The translations under genes were made by a program, and so were the position numbers. Below, in pieces: positions 25,000-38,766 of a stretch of DNA of 64,000 nucleotides. The DNA is taken from positions 6,386,001 through 6,450,000 of the forward strand of contig OZ059900.1 of assembly GCA_964057225.1 (NCBI GenBank). Direction: 5' to 3'. Numbering within the stretch: the stretch's first letter is position 1; each line of letters opens with the position of its first letter. The DNA is from Auanema rhodensis. Its lineage: Eukaryota > Animalia > Nematoda. The notes under the pieces are model-generated. The model was given only the letters and a program-made list of their open reading frames with translations. It made no database searches and was not told where the DNA came from.

Positions 25000-27900
25000 A
25001 TGGCAGATCCTAATAATATTTCCCCAAAGTATTTAATAGAGCCTGATTCATCAGTTGGTTCTAAATCAACTAATGACAATGTAGTTACAGTAACGAATGA
25101 ACCGCCTCACTCGAAAAAACAGAGGTCATCAACTGTTTCTGGACAGCCGCTTACTGTAACACCAGCTGTCTCTGGTAAAAAGGTATATATGATTTATATG
25201 AACTTGAACATAGCTTTAATTCTAGACTAGGAAGAGATTAGTCTTCGACAAAGATGATGGATTGTGTGAACAAAACCCTATTGTGGTATCCAGCAATTCT
25301 GGGAACTCTGTAAGGGTATTATACTTTGTATTTATTATAATTAATGTTCGCATAAACACAGGGTGGCAGTAGTCCAGATATCTTTGCTGAAGTTGAACTA
25401 GAACGACAATTTCATAAAGCAATTAAATTGAACAAAGAATCTATTTCAGAGAAGAAAGTATGTTTATTTTTTCGATTAATATTTTTTCGTAACTTTCAAA
25501 TTTAGGACTCGTCATCCAAATGTTTGGAAAATGAGAAGAAAGAATCTGAAGGCGGGGCAACTTTATTGTCACCTGAAAGGGACCAAGTAGCCCGGAATAT
25601 TTTTTATTGTATATTATTGAGTTTACTTTTAGGCCTGTAATCTCAACGAGGTAGAAACTCCTCCTTTAGATTCCAACGATTTGTTAGAGCTAGATGCGTA
25701 TGTTACTTTGGAAAAGAACAATGATCAGGTGCTGTTGGTCATAATTGTTTGACTCATCTTTTTTACAGACTCGCTGCGATGTTTCTAGTCATGGTGTTAC
25801 CATGCCTCTTATTCCATCTGAAACATCAACCTCTAATATTATTTGTGAAAATGAAACGACTTCATCTCTTCAAATGTTGCAGGTTTGTTGTCAACTTGAT
25901 ATCATGATAGAATCAGCTGGTTTTAGTTATATGGTGATGATGATTCCAATGATACAACAGATGATTTGCAAACCTCGATTAGTCAAGAAGTATGCTAGTT
26001 CTTTAAATCCATTTCATAAATATTTTTTTCAGATTTCTGATGTTGTATTGGTCTGTGACGAGTCAATATCTCTTGATAACTCTCCCGAATTAGTGGTACC
26101 ACCTGCATTAGTAAGAACAACACAGGTGGGTTTATAAAAACAACTCCTTAGGGTATTCTATGATTATAGATCTTGTATGAGGATGAAGAAGAAGAGGACA
26201 CAAATACAAATGATGATCTTCAAAACTATAGCCTAACCACCGAAGAATTAGTCCATGATCGCTCTCTTGTTAAATGTTTAGAGCACCCAGCGCCCTATAA
26301 CATTTCTTCAGCAGCAGTATCCCTATCGCATAAAAGCAAAATGGTTAGTTAAGTGAAAGAAGTTCTTTAATAACTTCTCTGATTCCAGGGAAATGTTGAG
26401 CACGAAAAGCCAGATCAGCTATTAGAATCTTATACTACTGACGATTTTCAGAAACAGCACGAAAATTCTTCCAAAATTAGTGATGAAGAAGTTTGATCAT
26501 CCTATATGGTTTTCTTAATCTGGTGATATTTTTTTAAACTTTCAGCCAGCTAAAAGTCCTAAGTTCTGTGATGCTTCAACATCCCTGGTTGGCTTGCCTG
26601 TGGAATCTTTAGAGCACCATACAGATGGTAGTGCTCCTATTCCTTGGTCAACATCTCCAATATTTCTAAGAAAACAAATGGTAAGTCAACTTACTGAGAA
26701 TCTTAGGCAATGTTCCCTAATTATAGAAATCTGATGATGATGATGAACCAGTAGATTCTAGTCTTTGCCCTGATCCTAAGAGACCCATTGTTTCTTCTCA
26801 GATGAGCGATGAAGACGTATGATAATTTGGAACGGACCTTTAATTTATGATATGAACTTATAGCTCGCAAGAAGTGCTTTGTACTGTGACGTAATAACAC
26901 CCCCGGTTCGCTCTCCTATTGAGGGGGTTGACCTAACTGGAGACATTGCTATTTCATTAGAATCTTCTTCAGTTATCCTAGAGAACACAAAGGTTTGTTA
27001 CATGAAGTAGTTATTCAAAATGGGTTTGTTGATTGTAGAATATCGCTGATCACAAAACACCAGTTCAATCATTGGAATCTAGTAATCTTGAAAAACATAG
27101 CGTGGTTTCTAAAATTACTGAAGAAGAAGTATGAACAGCCTGTACGGTTGCCCCAACCTTGGTATATGCTTTCAGATTGCTGAAACTCCGTTGTACTGTG
27201 CTGATTCCACATCTTCGCTTTGCTTGCCTGTTGAATGTCCAAAAGAAGTATCAGATCCTAAAATCTTTTCGAACTCATCCCCCATATCGCATAGAACTAA
27301 AAAGGTTAGATAACCGAAAAAGATCCTAGTATTTTTTTTCGGAAGAATGTATTAGTATCAGTTGTATCAATTTTCTTATATAAGATTCTAAACGACGAGA
27401 AGAAGTCAGCAATGTTTTTTGAACAAAGTAATGCTCATGATATGCAAAAAAATATTATCTGTCCTGAAATGAATAATGATCAGGTAATATATTCACACTC
27501 TACTTTTATTTCGAGTTTTATTTTTCAGCTTGTACAATGTTCTCAAAACTCTAATGAAAATAGTTATAATTTTGATCCATCTGAATTTGATCCTAGTTCT
27601 ATTGAGGCTCGGAAATTCTTAATAAATATGACAGATGAAGAGGTTTGTTAAGTTATATATTCAAAACAATAATTTTTTTTAGGTTGAGAGATGTTCCCTG
27701 TTCTCAGGTGATTCTGATCAGCTATCTCAAAAATCAGACAAAGATCCTTCGAGAGAAGAAGATACAAATGTTTCTTTAGCTGCTGAAACAGTTGCAACTG
27801 TGAGATATTCCTTCATTTATATATATAATTAAGTGACGGTTTCGTTACAGATAAAATGCGAAGAAAAAACAACGTCATCTTCTGACTTCGCTGAACTTAA

Positions 27901-30900
27901 TAAAAATTTAGAACTCAGTGAGCTTGACAGGAAACTTATTGCTAAATATGGAATAACAATGACTGATGAACAGGTATTCTATAAATTGTACGGCTACGCC
28001 AGAATTCCCCAAATTTCAGGTTGATTCGTGCTCGCTATTTGACAGTGACACTGAAGATCTTGTTCAGTGTCCTCCTACAGCATATGATACAAGAGACAGC
28101 ACAGCTGGTTTTACAACAAGTGACAGTCAGGTATACATGTGCCTATATGGTTTTAATAATCTGGTGATAACCTTTTAATTTTTCAGCCAGCCAAAAGACC
28201 TAAATTCTGTGACGCTCCAACATCCCTGGTTGGCTTGCCTGTGGAATCTTTAGAGCACCGTACAGATGGTAGTGCTCCTATTCCTTGGTCAACATCTCCA
28301 ATTTTTCTAAGAAAACAAATGGTAACTCAACTTAATGAAAATCTTAGGCAATGTTCCCTAATTATAGAAATCTGATGATGATGATGAACCAGTAGATTCT
28401 AGTCTTTGCCCTGATCCTAAGAGACCCATTGTTTCTTCTCAGATGAGCGATGAAGACGTATGATAATTTGGAACGGACCTTTTATTTATGATATGAACTT
28501 ATAGCTCGCAAGAAGTGCTTTGTACTGTGACGTAATAACACCCCCGGTCCGCTCTCCTATTGAGGGTGTTGACCTAACTGGAGACATTGATATTTCATTA
28601 GAATCTTCTTCAGTTATCTTAAAGAACACAAAGGTTTGTTACATGAAGTAGTTATTCAGAATGGGTTTGTTGTTTGTAGAATATCGCTGATCACAAAACA
28701 CCAGTTCAATCATTGGAATCTAGTAATCTTGAAAAACATAGCGTGGTTTCTAAAATTACTGAAGAAGAAGTATGAACAGCCTATACGGTTACCCTAACCT
28801 TGCTATATGCTTTCAGAGTGCTGAAACTCCGTTATGCCGTGCTTTTTCCACAGCTTCGATTTGCTCACCTGTTCGATGTCTAAATGAAATTTCAGATCGT
28901 ATAGTTTCTTTGAACTCATCCCCTATAGCTGATAAGAGAGAAAAGGTCGATTAGCCGAAAAAATTTCTTTGTTAATTTTCTTGAATTTCAGGGAAACCTT
29001 GATCATGAAGAACCAGTGCCGCTATTAGAATCAAGTATTGGTAACGATTCTAAGGAACACAAAAGTTCTTCCAATCTTAATGATGAAGAAGTTTGACCAG
29101 CCTATATGGTTTTAATAATCTGGTTATAACCTTTTAATTTTTCAGCCAGCCAAAAGTCCTAAATTCTGTGACGCTCTAACATCCCTGATTGGGTTGCCTG
29201 TGGAATCTTTACAGCAACGTACAGATGATATTGCTTCTATGTCTTTGTCAACATCTCCAATATTTCTAAGAAAACAAATGGTAACTCAACTTACTGAGAA
29301 TCTTAGGCAATGTTTTCTAATTATAGACATCTGACGATGATGATGAACCAGTAGATTCTAGTCTTTGCCCTGATCCTAAGAGACCCATTGTTTCTTCTCA
29401 GATGAGCGATGAAGACGTATGATAATTTGGAACGGACCTTTTATTTATGATATGAACTTATAGCTCGCAAGAAGTGCTTTGTACTGTGACGTAATAACAC
29501 CCCCGGTCCGCTCTCCTATTGAGGGTGTTGACCTAACTGGAGACATTGATATTTCATTAGAATCTTCTTCAGTTATCTTAAAGAACACAAAGGTTTGTTT
29601 CATGAAGTAGTTATTCAAAATGGGTTTGTTGATTGTAGAATATCGCTGATCACAAAACACCAGTTCAATCATTGGAATCTAGTAATCTTGAAAAACATAG
29701 CGTGGTTTCTAAAATTACTGAAGAAGAAGTATGAACAGCCTATACGGTTACCCTGACTTTGCTATATGCTTTCAGAGTGCTGAAACTCCGTTATGCCGTG
29801 CTTTTTCCACAGCTTCGATTTGCTCACCTGTTCGATGTCTAAATGAAATTTTAGATCGTATAGTTTCTTTGAACTCATCCCCTATAGCTGATAAGAGAGA
29901 AGAGGTCGATCAGCCGAAAAAATTTCTTTGTTAATTTTCTTGAATTTCAGGGAAACGTTGATCATGAAGAACCAGCGCTGCTATTAGAATCAAGTATTGG
30001 TAACGATTCTAAGAAACACAAAAGTTCTTCCAATCTTAATGATGAAGAAGTTTGACCAGCCTATATGGTTTTAATAATCTGGTTATAACCTTTTAATTTT
30101 TCAGCAAGCCAAAAGTCCTAAATTCTGTGACGCTTCAACATCCCTGGTTGGCTTGCCTGTGGAATCTTTAGTGCACCGTACAGATGATAATGCTTCTATG
30201 CCTTTGTCAACATCTCCAATATTTCTAAGGAAGCAAATGGTAAATCAACTTACTGAGAATCTTAGGCAATGTTTCCTAATTGTAGAAAGCTGATGATGAT
30301 GATGAACCAGTAGATTCTACAGTTTGCTTTGATCCTAAGCAACCCATTGTTTCTTCTCAGATGAGCGATGAAGACGTATGATAATCTCAAACGGTCTTTT
30401 AATTTAATAGATAACCTTTTAGCTTGCAAACAGTGCTTTGTACTCTGGGATTTTTACACCTCCAGTTCGATCACCTGTTGAAGTTGCAGGCAGTAATGTT
30501 TCAGATCCATTATCTTTTCCATTAGATGAGAATCAGGTTTGTGTATTTTACTTACGTTAAGAGTATTACCGTGAATGTGTTTTATTATAGATCAACACAG
30601 AGGATAATAAGTCCACACTCGTTCTAGGCAGTAATGTCATTAGAGAAGAATCCAGCACTGTACATGATATTGACAAGGCATGTTGGCAAAATACCTTGTA
30701 TTATTTAAAAATAAATTTAGCTTAAACACACTGCCATGCACTGTGATGTTATTAAACCTGCAATTCTGCTGTCTGAATCTCCCGTTAACAATAATTGTTC
30801 CAAACCTCTTCTTGCTTTAAATATTAAGGTGTGTTGTACATGGATTTCAATAGATTTTCATTTTTTTTTCCAGGCGGGATTGCCAACTTTATCTGATCTC

Positions 30901-33900
30901 ACCAAAATAAAGGAACCGGTTGTAACATCGCATACAAAACCTATCAGCCTTTTAGAAAAAGAAAATGATCATGTAAGTTCTGGTAGTTTAACGGTTTTCA
31001 CTAACTTGTTTGTCTGAACTATATTTGTAAGTTTCAGGCTAACGCCGCGATAACCGTTAGAGAGTCTAATGAATTTTCGCAGTCCGAACAAAGTAGAGAC
31101 ACTCGAAATAGCATAGCTTTAGCAGAAGATACTATCGAACAGGTTTGACTTTGTCTTGTAATGAAACATTTCGCACATTCTACAGAAGTTGGAGAGCACA
31201 CAGCAGGCTACTCCTGAAAAACAAATTACAGTAGAGGTAGCGGAGAATAAAGATTTCTTCCCTATTTTTGATCTTAACGACGTCATGTATGAAGTTGAAG
31301 TTGCTACTACAGAAGAGCAAATTTGCTCTGATCAACTCGAATGCTGTGCTCAAAATGATGTAAAACATAATGATGGTAATTAGACTCGAATTTATTTGAA
31401 ATTGTCTTCCATTTAAGGACCAATGAAACCTCATGAACCAGCGAAGGAGCTATTGCAGTGTAATGCTCTCAACAAGAGCTCAGAAAGATCTCCTTCTGGT
31501 ATTTGAACATTTATCGTATTTGTGTAATTTTTTTTCAAGATCTAGCTGTGCAAGGACAAGATCAATTATCTTTGAAGTATCCTGAAAGATTGGAAATTGG
31601 TAACTACGGTTTAAGAGTTCAGAGTTATTTTTTTTTCGAAGATGAAGCTGAACGTCTACCCGATGAAGAAAATAGGCCTCTTCAAACGTCAAATGGTACT
31701 TTAATTTATTTGATATTGATGACTTGTTTTTTAGCTAATGCAGGTAGAATCGATTCACCTCAGAAACATGCCTGTTTTAAAAACTCAGAAAATTCTGCAA
31801 TTGGTACTCAGATTTTATATCATTTTTATCATTTTCTTGTTTAAACAGATACACAAAACGAGAGTTCAGCTCAGAAAAATTCTCAAAATGAAATTTCTGG
31901 AAAATCTACAAATGGTAACTCAATTTTTCTAAACAGTCAGCTTTTTTTTCATTAACAGATGTTCACGAACAAACTCCTGTTCTTACTCCTGCTGTAGTGA
32001 GAAAACATATACTTAAGCCTGTTTTCGAAGAGCTGCGTCCTGAACAAAAGCCTTTCATAGAGAAGAAAAGAAGATTGGAAAAGTCCTTTGTTGAAGAAAC
32101 ATCAAAAGTCTTCTTTGATGAATGGGAATTACCTGCCGTTGAACATGAAATTGAAATAGCAGAAAGTGCAATGCAAAGCGTTCACCGAGAACTCAAAACC
32201 GTGTCTCAAAACTCAAACCGTATTAAAGAACCTTCCAAGAAGACGGATACGAAATATACTGCAAGAAAACCAGGAGCCAAAAACTTTAGAAAATCTGAAC
32301 CTATTGATGCAGTTCAGCCAAAAAGAGCAAGAACGAACGAGCCCCGTATTAATACAAAGAGGAATGCCATTAAAGTGATTGATAACTTGAGAGTCGGGGT
32401 TTACACTCGCTCTAAAGCAAAACAAGATGCACGTGCTCCATATAGTATGCTGATTTTGATCTTTGATGTTTATCTTTTATTTCTAGGCCGATCTTTCAAC
32501 GTCTTGGAAAGAAATCTCGCACGTGCAGTTCAGATGTTCAGAAAAGTAGATGAACTTTTTGCTCCACTTGAAGAGCTTCTTGGACCTGATTATACACCTC
32601 AACCATTAATTGACAGTACCAATCAAATGAACATATTGAAATGCAAGTGTAAGTTTTAATTAAATGGTCCCTGAGCTAATATAATGTTATAGGCTCGGAC
32701 TGTTCTTCTGTGAAAAATTTCTGGCCTCAAGTGAAAGAAGCTTATAGACACATTACGGAAATGAATAATGGATTACGCAGTGATATCTTTGATAGAGTCT
32801 ATACATTTGCAACTTCGGAAAACTGTAGTTTTGAACCTTCTGCTGTTTTCATGGATCGTTTATTTGCATTTACCCAACGATCTTTAAATAAGCTCAATAA
32901 TAGAACTCGCTCTTGTGTGTATTATTCAAGAGGTTGTTCTTCCTAAAAGAAAAAAGCTGTAACATTTATACCTTTTTTCAGTTCGCTTATTACGTGTTTT
33001 TCACATGGAGCTCAAGCAAAGGCATCAGTATTTTATTGACCAATTGTATGAAGCTGTAATATTGCTTCACCGTGTAAGACTTCTGGCGAAGCCTGACCTC
33101 CAGTTTCCTGAAGGTAGAGACCAACAATACCAACGTATAATTCATGATGTCCGTAAATCAAAAACTTGTTTTGATGAAAATTATGGTCGTGATGATTCTG
33201 AAAGTAATATACTTTGTAATATTTTCCAATTAAATTAAAATAATCACAGATTGTGAACTACTGTGGGGATCTATGCTTCTTTACGGAGACAGGCGGCTTT
33301 TACCGAGAGTTTCTAAATATGGTAAAAAAACTGAAACTCGTGTATTAACATCTGGATATGATAAAATTAGAATTGCTAATCCCAATACGTGAGTTACATT
33401 TCTTTAGCAAAATCAAGAAATACATTTTTTTCAGCAATGGTATTGAATATATTCTCGAATTTGTATACATTGAGACAACCGGACAATTATGGATATCTTG
33501 CAATAAAGAATGCACTGTTTTCAACACCTGTTACACTTCCCCCCTGGTTATTCTTGAAGATACAACTTGCTTGGTATGCATATTTTAATAAGGCTTCAAA
33601 AATGTAACTAATTTTAGGCATTTTCCCTTGATAAGTTCATCGTGGATATGAACAAAGAATTGCTTGAACATAGAAACAAGACATTGAGGAACCTCACAGA
33701 TATATATTGTCATATCAAAATTGTACCTGGAGCTTATTCAAGAGATCCATACAAACCTGAAAATAAGGAGGATTTTATTTTGAGTATTTTTTTAGCTCGG
33801 TAAAAAAAATATTATTACTTGGTTTGAAAAGTTTATATTTTGATTTTTATAGCCCTGCTAGCATTATGAAGAAAAACTTCAATGATCTACGAGCTCCCCG

Positions 33901-33922
33901 TCGTAGATACAATCTGCACTAG
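25000..33922 (+). CDS. Large multi-exon protein of unknown function: basic N-terminal motifs, long acidic Ser/Pro-rich repeat region, C-terminal helical domain
   Basis: Chain of dozens of short, mostly phase-0 exons separated by 40-60 nt introns, from MADPNNISPK... to ...APRRRYNLH* (TAG ends 33922). AATAAA near 34441. No family recognised, and not every junction was verified. Confidence 0.75.
26500..30420 (+). repeat. Intragenic duplications of a multi-exon cassette (four copies of the first exons; spacing 1641, 959, 959 bp)
   Basis: The exon PAKSPKFCDASTSLVGLPVESL...SPIFLRKQM starts at 26546, 28187, 29146 and 30105. The following exons and their introns are also duplicated. Confidence 0.92.
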
Positions 33923-35565
33923 GATTTATATTCTCTAGGCACACTATTCATTTTCCATGCTGACGTTGTACTAGAAAATCAAATCTGTTCACATTTTAGC
34001 TTATTATGCTGTAGGTCCATGTTTCAATCTCAATTGAAGTTGTTATGTTACATTATATCAAAAACAATTCTACTTTTACCATTATGTATCGAATGTTTTT
34101 ATCAGTTTTCTTTAGTTTTATTCACAAACTAGGTACTGCATGTTCTTTGAAGATTCGTTTTGTTTTTTCTCTGCATTCATGTTATTTTTTAAAACAATTG
34201 CTTTGTTTTTAGGGTCGATACCCAATTTTCGTGCTGTATTTTTGAGCTTTTATTTTGTCAGGTTACTGAACTCTACATAGATACTCCAACATTTTTATCT
34301 CTTTATTAGTTTTGCAGCTGCATGACTCCGTTTAGAAAATATATATTATAAATCCTATATGTCTCAACATCTCTTTTTCTTCTGTTCTCTTTATGATTTT
34401 TCAGTTATAGAAGTTATGTTTACTGTTTGTTTATTAGAGAAATAAAAATGTGTTTCTTTCAAATTTTAATTTTGAGTTGTGCTGAATATATTCATATATA
34501 ATACATATACATATAAACCGAAATCATCATGAATTAATAAAAGAGCTAACAATTATGATACACTTCATTGAATATATATTAAGATTGATAATATATATAA
34601 TTCATCAACTACATTGATTACTTCTAATTATAGCTTTGGTCAATGCTAACAAGAATTGTGAGCTTCGCGAAAAAGTGTTTAATTTTTCTTTTTTATTGTC
34701 AGAGTCTGAGCATTGCAGTAGTATTCGTTTTAATTTTTTGTAGCATCTTTCTTTTTTCGTATTTGGATACTATTTAGATTATGTGTTCTCAAACGTTTTA
34801 AATATCAATCAATTTTTAGCAATCCTTTATCATCTTTAATATCTTAAACCATTGTTTCTAGCCTCTAATTTTCAAGCTCCTTTATTTGAACTGCGCCTGA
34901 GCTTTCTGAAAATTTCACTATTTTTAATCACACATTCGGTTTTCTCGTTTTTCTCATTTGCGGTCTTCCAAGTTTATTATTTTTATAATATCTGGGCTTA
35001 ACTCTCGCAATGTCTAACTCTTTCTTTGTTAATATTCCTCTCTGACTGCTTAACAACGATTTTTTTTTTGCGTGAAGCCCGCCCATTTTATTGCTTCTCG
35101 ATTCTACTACACTTGCTACATGTCGAAGATATTCTCAAGACTGCTTTCCTTCGTCGCTCTCATTCTTGCTCAAATTGTGTTTCTCATCACAATAAAAAAA
35201 ATTTTAATATGAAGTATTGTAATAATTTCAATATTGTATGATATACTCAGAGCAATCCTGCTTGCTTTTTGTTTGGTGCGAAAGATAGATATGCTAACTT
35301 TGGCACCAACTCAAGAAGCAATCAGTGTTGACTGAATGCAAAATTCGTTTTTTCAGTGTTTTCTAACAATTGTTAATTGATAAGAATAATCGTAATAAAA
35401 TATTGTTTTTCTGTTATCAATATTCATATTTCAAGCAAAAAGCGGTGTTGTTCAGTTCTCAGTCAAAATAATTCATTCTTATTCAAATAATTTCAACGAT
35501 CAGGAATAATTCCACATTAAAAATGCGAAATAGAATTGAAAGTAGGATTATATGATATTCTCTTA

Positions 35566-36924
35566 TTAGTTAGAATGATATCCAGATTTATGCAGCTGGC
35601 GTAGCAAATCCGCTTTCTTAGTATAATGCGGATAATCTGTTAATATTGGAATTTTCAAAGTTTCCAACATCCAATGCATCTCAGCTATATCATTCACGGT
35701 CCATACAGCTACATGTCGTCCCCAAGATCTTTGCTGATTAATGAAACCTCTGAAAAAAATATGTAATTGAAAATTGAAAAAAAAAGAAAAAAAGGACACA
35801 TGTTTTGTTATCATTTATAGCTTACTGAGATATATCCAAATTGTTTGTGAGTAACAGATCGGCTCCTAGAAACCACGGAGTAACAGTTTTCAAAAGAACG
35901 ACATGAACAAAATCCACGATTTCATATACAATTTGTTTCACTCCCGTGTATCTTGGACGAAGATTTTCGATATCATGATGAGAAAAGAATTTTTGTCTCC
36001 ATGTTAATCCTTAACAAAAGATTACATCTTGCTATATAAATAAATATATATATATAAAACCTGTTAAAATGCTCTGATCTCCCCTTTTAATGCGGTAGAC
36101 AACACTAGGGAAAAAGCTGCACACAATAGCTTTATCATAGAGATTAAATTCTCGGAAAAGATCAGCAATAATTTTAACCAACTAAAAATAGGAAAAAAAT
36201 AAAAAATAATAAAATGAGTTATTTTACTTCAGCATCAGAATCTTTGACGTCAAACAACATCGTCATATTGTTGCTAACACTCCATTTGACAACGTCATCT
36301 AGAGAAGGAATCCCTTCTTTCTTGATTGGCTCAAGTTCTCCGTCACTAAAACAAATAAATATTTTGTTGAACGTGAATGTATAAGAGTAACTGACACATT
36401 TCGTTTAAATTTGGCAGCAATATTTGCACTTGATAACTGTTTCTTTGTTTTTTCACGAATTGGTCCTGTCATATCAGTTGTACGATCCAAATCATCGTCA
36501 TGCAAGAGTACAGCTGCGCCATCTTTGGTGAGAGCAACATCAAATTCAATCAGATCAGCTCCATCCTTTTTAGCCTAAAAGCCGTGACAAGGGAAAAATA
36601 TACATAATTCACTCCTACTTGAAGAAATCCCGCCATACCATTTTCAGGAAAAGCATGAGGTGCTCCACGATGACCACCTATACGGAAGTTTTTGAAAAAA
36701 GTTGCAACCTGAATATACATATCAAGACTATTACAAAACTATGAATAACTAAATACATTTTCTGGGCTACATGGACGATTTTTGCCGAAAAAAGCAAACC
36801 CTCCAATAAGAATAGAAGTAAGTAGACAAAAGTAAATAAAATACTTGAAACTAAAGGAAAATAAAATGAATGGAAAGATTATAGCCACGCCAAACACGTA
36901 TGACTCCCATTCGTTGTTACCCAT
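35566..36924 (-). CDS. Glycerophosphodiester phosphodiesterase (GDE1/GDPD family) with N-terminal membrane segments
   Basis: FRIGGHRGAPHAFPEN, ADLIEFDVALTKDGAAVLLHDDDLDRTT, VAVWTVND and ILTDYP motifs over spliced exons. tttcag lies directly before the ATG (36930-36925). Confidence 0.9.
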
Positions 36925-38766
36925 CTGAAAATATTCAATGTGACTAGATATTTTTCAAAAAATAACGAAAAGAATGAAATTTTTTTTTTATTATAACAAA
37001 GGAATACTAGATGACCTGAAAATTGGGCTGATAATTGGTTCAGCAGAATAATGACATTTCATGCTGTTACGCCTTATCTATCTTCTACGCATACACTGAT
37101 AAATGAATAGTAACGTATATAGTTTTCTTATTAATAATAAATCTAATCAATAACTAACGATTTTATGTATTTAATTTAAAAAATCAGTATCCATATGATA
37201 TAAACATCCCTGCGTCACATTTTATCTTTTTTATTCAAACGTAGGCAAACTACAAGTCCTATCACAACTAACGCATTTCAACTCTAATGTTTTTCATCGG
37301 AGCACGCCCTAATATTTACTAATCATCATATACTAAATATTCATTCAAAATCAGGAAGAATCATAAATATTTTGTCTACATATGTGCATTTGAACTTTTT
37401 AAGAAAACTGTCAAAAGTTTAAAGGAAATAACACTCATCGCAATGGTATATTCTCAAAACTCATCAGTTAAAATAACTGTTACACGTATTAATTAATTAC
37501 GAGGTTTTGAACAATATATCACCTGTTACTTAAAGATATGTTAACTTAAAAAGTACGAATATATTTATATATATAGTTAGCAATCTAAGAACATTCAAAG
37601 TCTATTTTTTATTTGAAAATATATCGTTTCAGGACCAAATTTCTTAAATGTTGGCACATTTAATGTAACAAATTGAATGAAATTCACCATGTAGTTTAGA
37701 CATAAAATCTGTAGGAGTTGTACATAAATACACAAAGAGATCACTTTTCTAATATTTTGATCTACTGTCCCGCAAAAAAAACATATCTTTCTCAACTGCA
37801 TTTGTGTATGACGCTCATTTGACTATAGTGTTGTTTGTGAAATCTGCTCACGTCTCGAGGCAACGTTCTATTTCTCTTCAACTAGGTTTTGGATTAATTG
37901 TACTTTTTACTACAATATCTTTATTTTCTTGCTACCCAGTCTCCAAATGATACGTGTACAAATCTAGGTTTAGTTTTGAATTTCTTTTTTTTTGTTCGTA
38001 CACAGGCGTATGCATGCATGGACACCTTATCTATTGTCTGACATCTATCAATCTTTTTTGTCTTCTCTGTATTCTTAAACGCTTTTTTTGAATTTAGTTC
38101 TATGTTCCAATTCTTGCTATCTTTCCCCTCTCTACTCTATCTGTAGTGTCTTTGTATACACGCTTCGCTGATGGGTGTTTCAACTATCTCTTTCGAATTC
38201 TAAAACTTGTCTGTGACCTCTCTTTTACTCTCATTGGTTTTGCCTTTAACTATTGATTGGTGGCCTCTTATGACCTCTCAAATTTTTATCGCGGAAGAAC
38301 TGTATAATCCGATCGGAGAGAAAGAGAGAAACAAATTGCAAAGTTTGCGTGGGAGGGGTCAAGCAAATGATGACCAATGTTACCATTACATCCATTCATT
38401 CGTTTCTCGAATGTTTTACTTGGCCGGATGAAGCGTAGGATGATAACATTGTGAAATGCATTATCGACCATACAATTCTTTCCGTCCTGTGCTAATGTTG
38501 GCAGATATACTCTGTTATATATCAAAATAGTAGAGTCACCATATAGCAATCACACCACTTTTATCATCAAGAATTAGTTTCTTTATGTTTCTATGAATCT
38601 TGTCACTCAGCTTATCAGTGAATGGCAACTCACTATCAATCTTCTATTCACCTCTACTCACTCACTTCCTTTCATTTCTCTTCTTGCTCAACAAGCCTTT
38701 CAAACTTTCTATGATTCGATTTCAATAGAAAGTTTTAATTTTAAAAAAGTCTTCAGATACACCACG

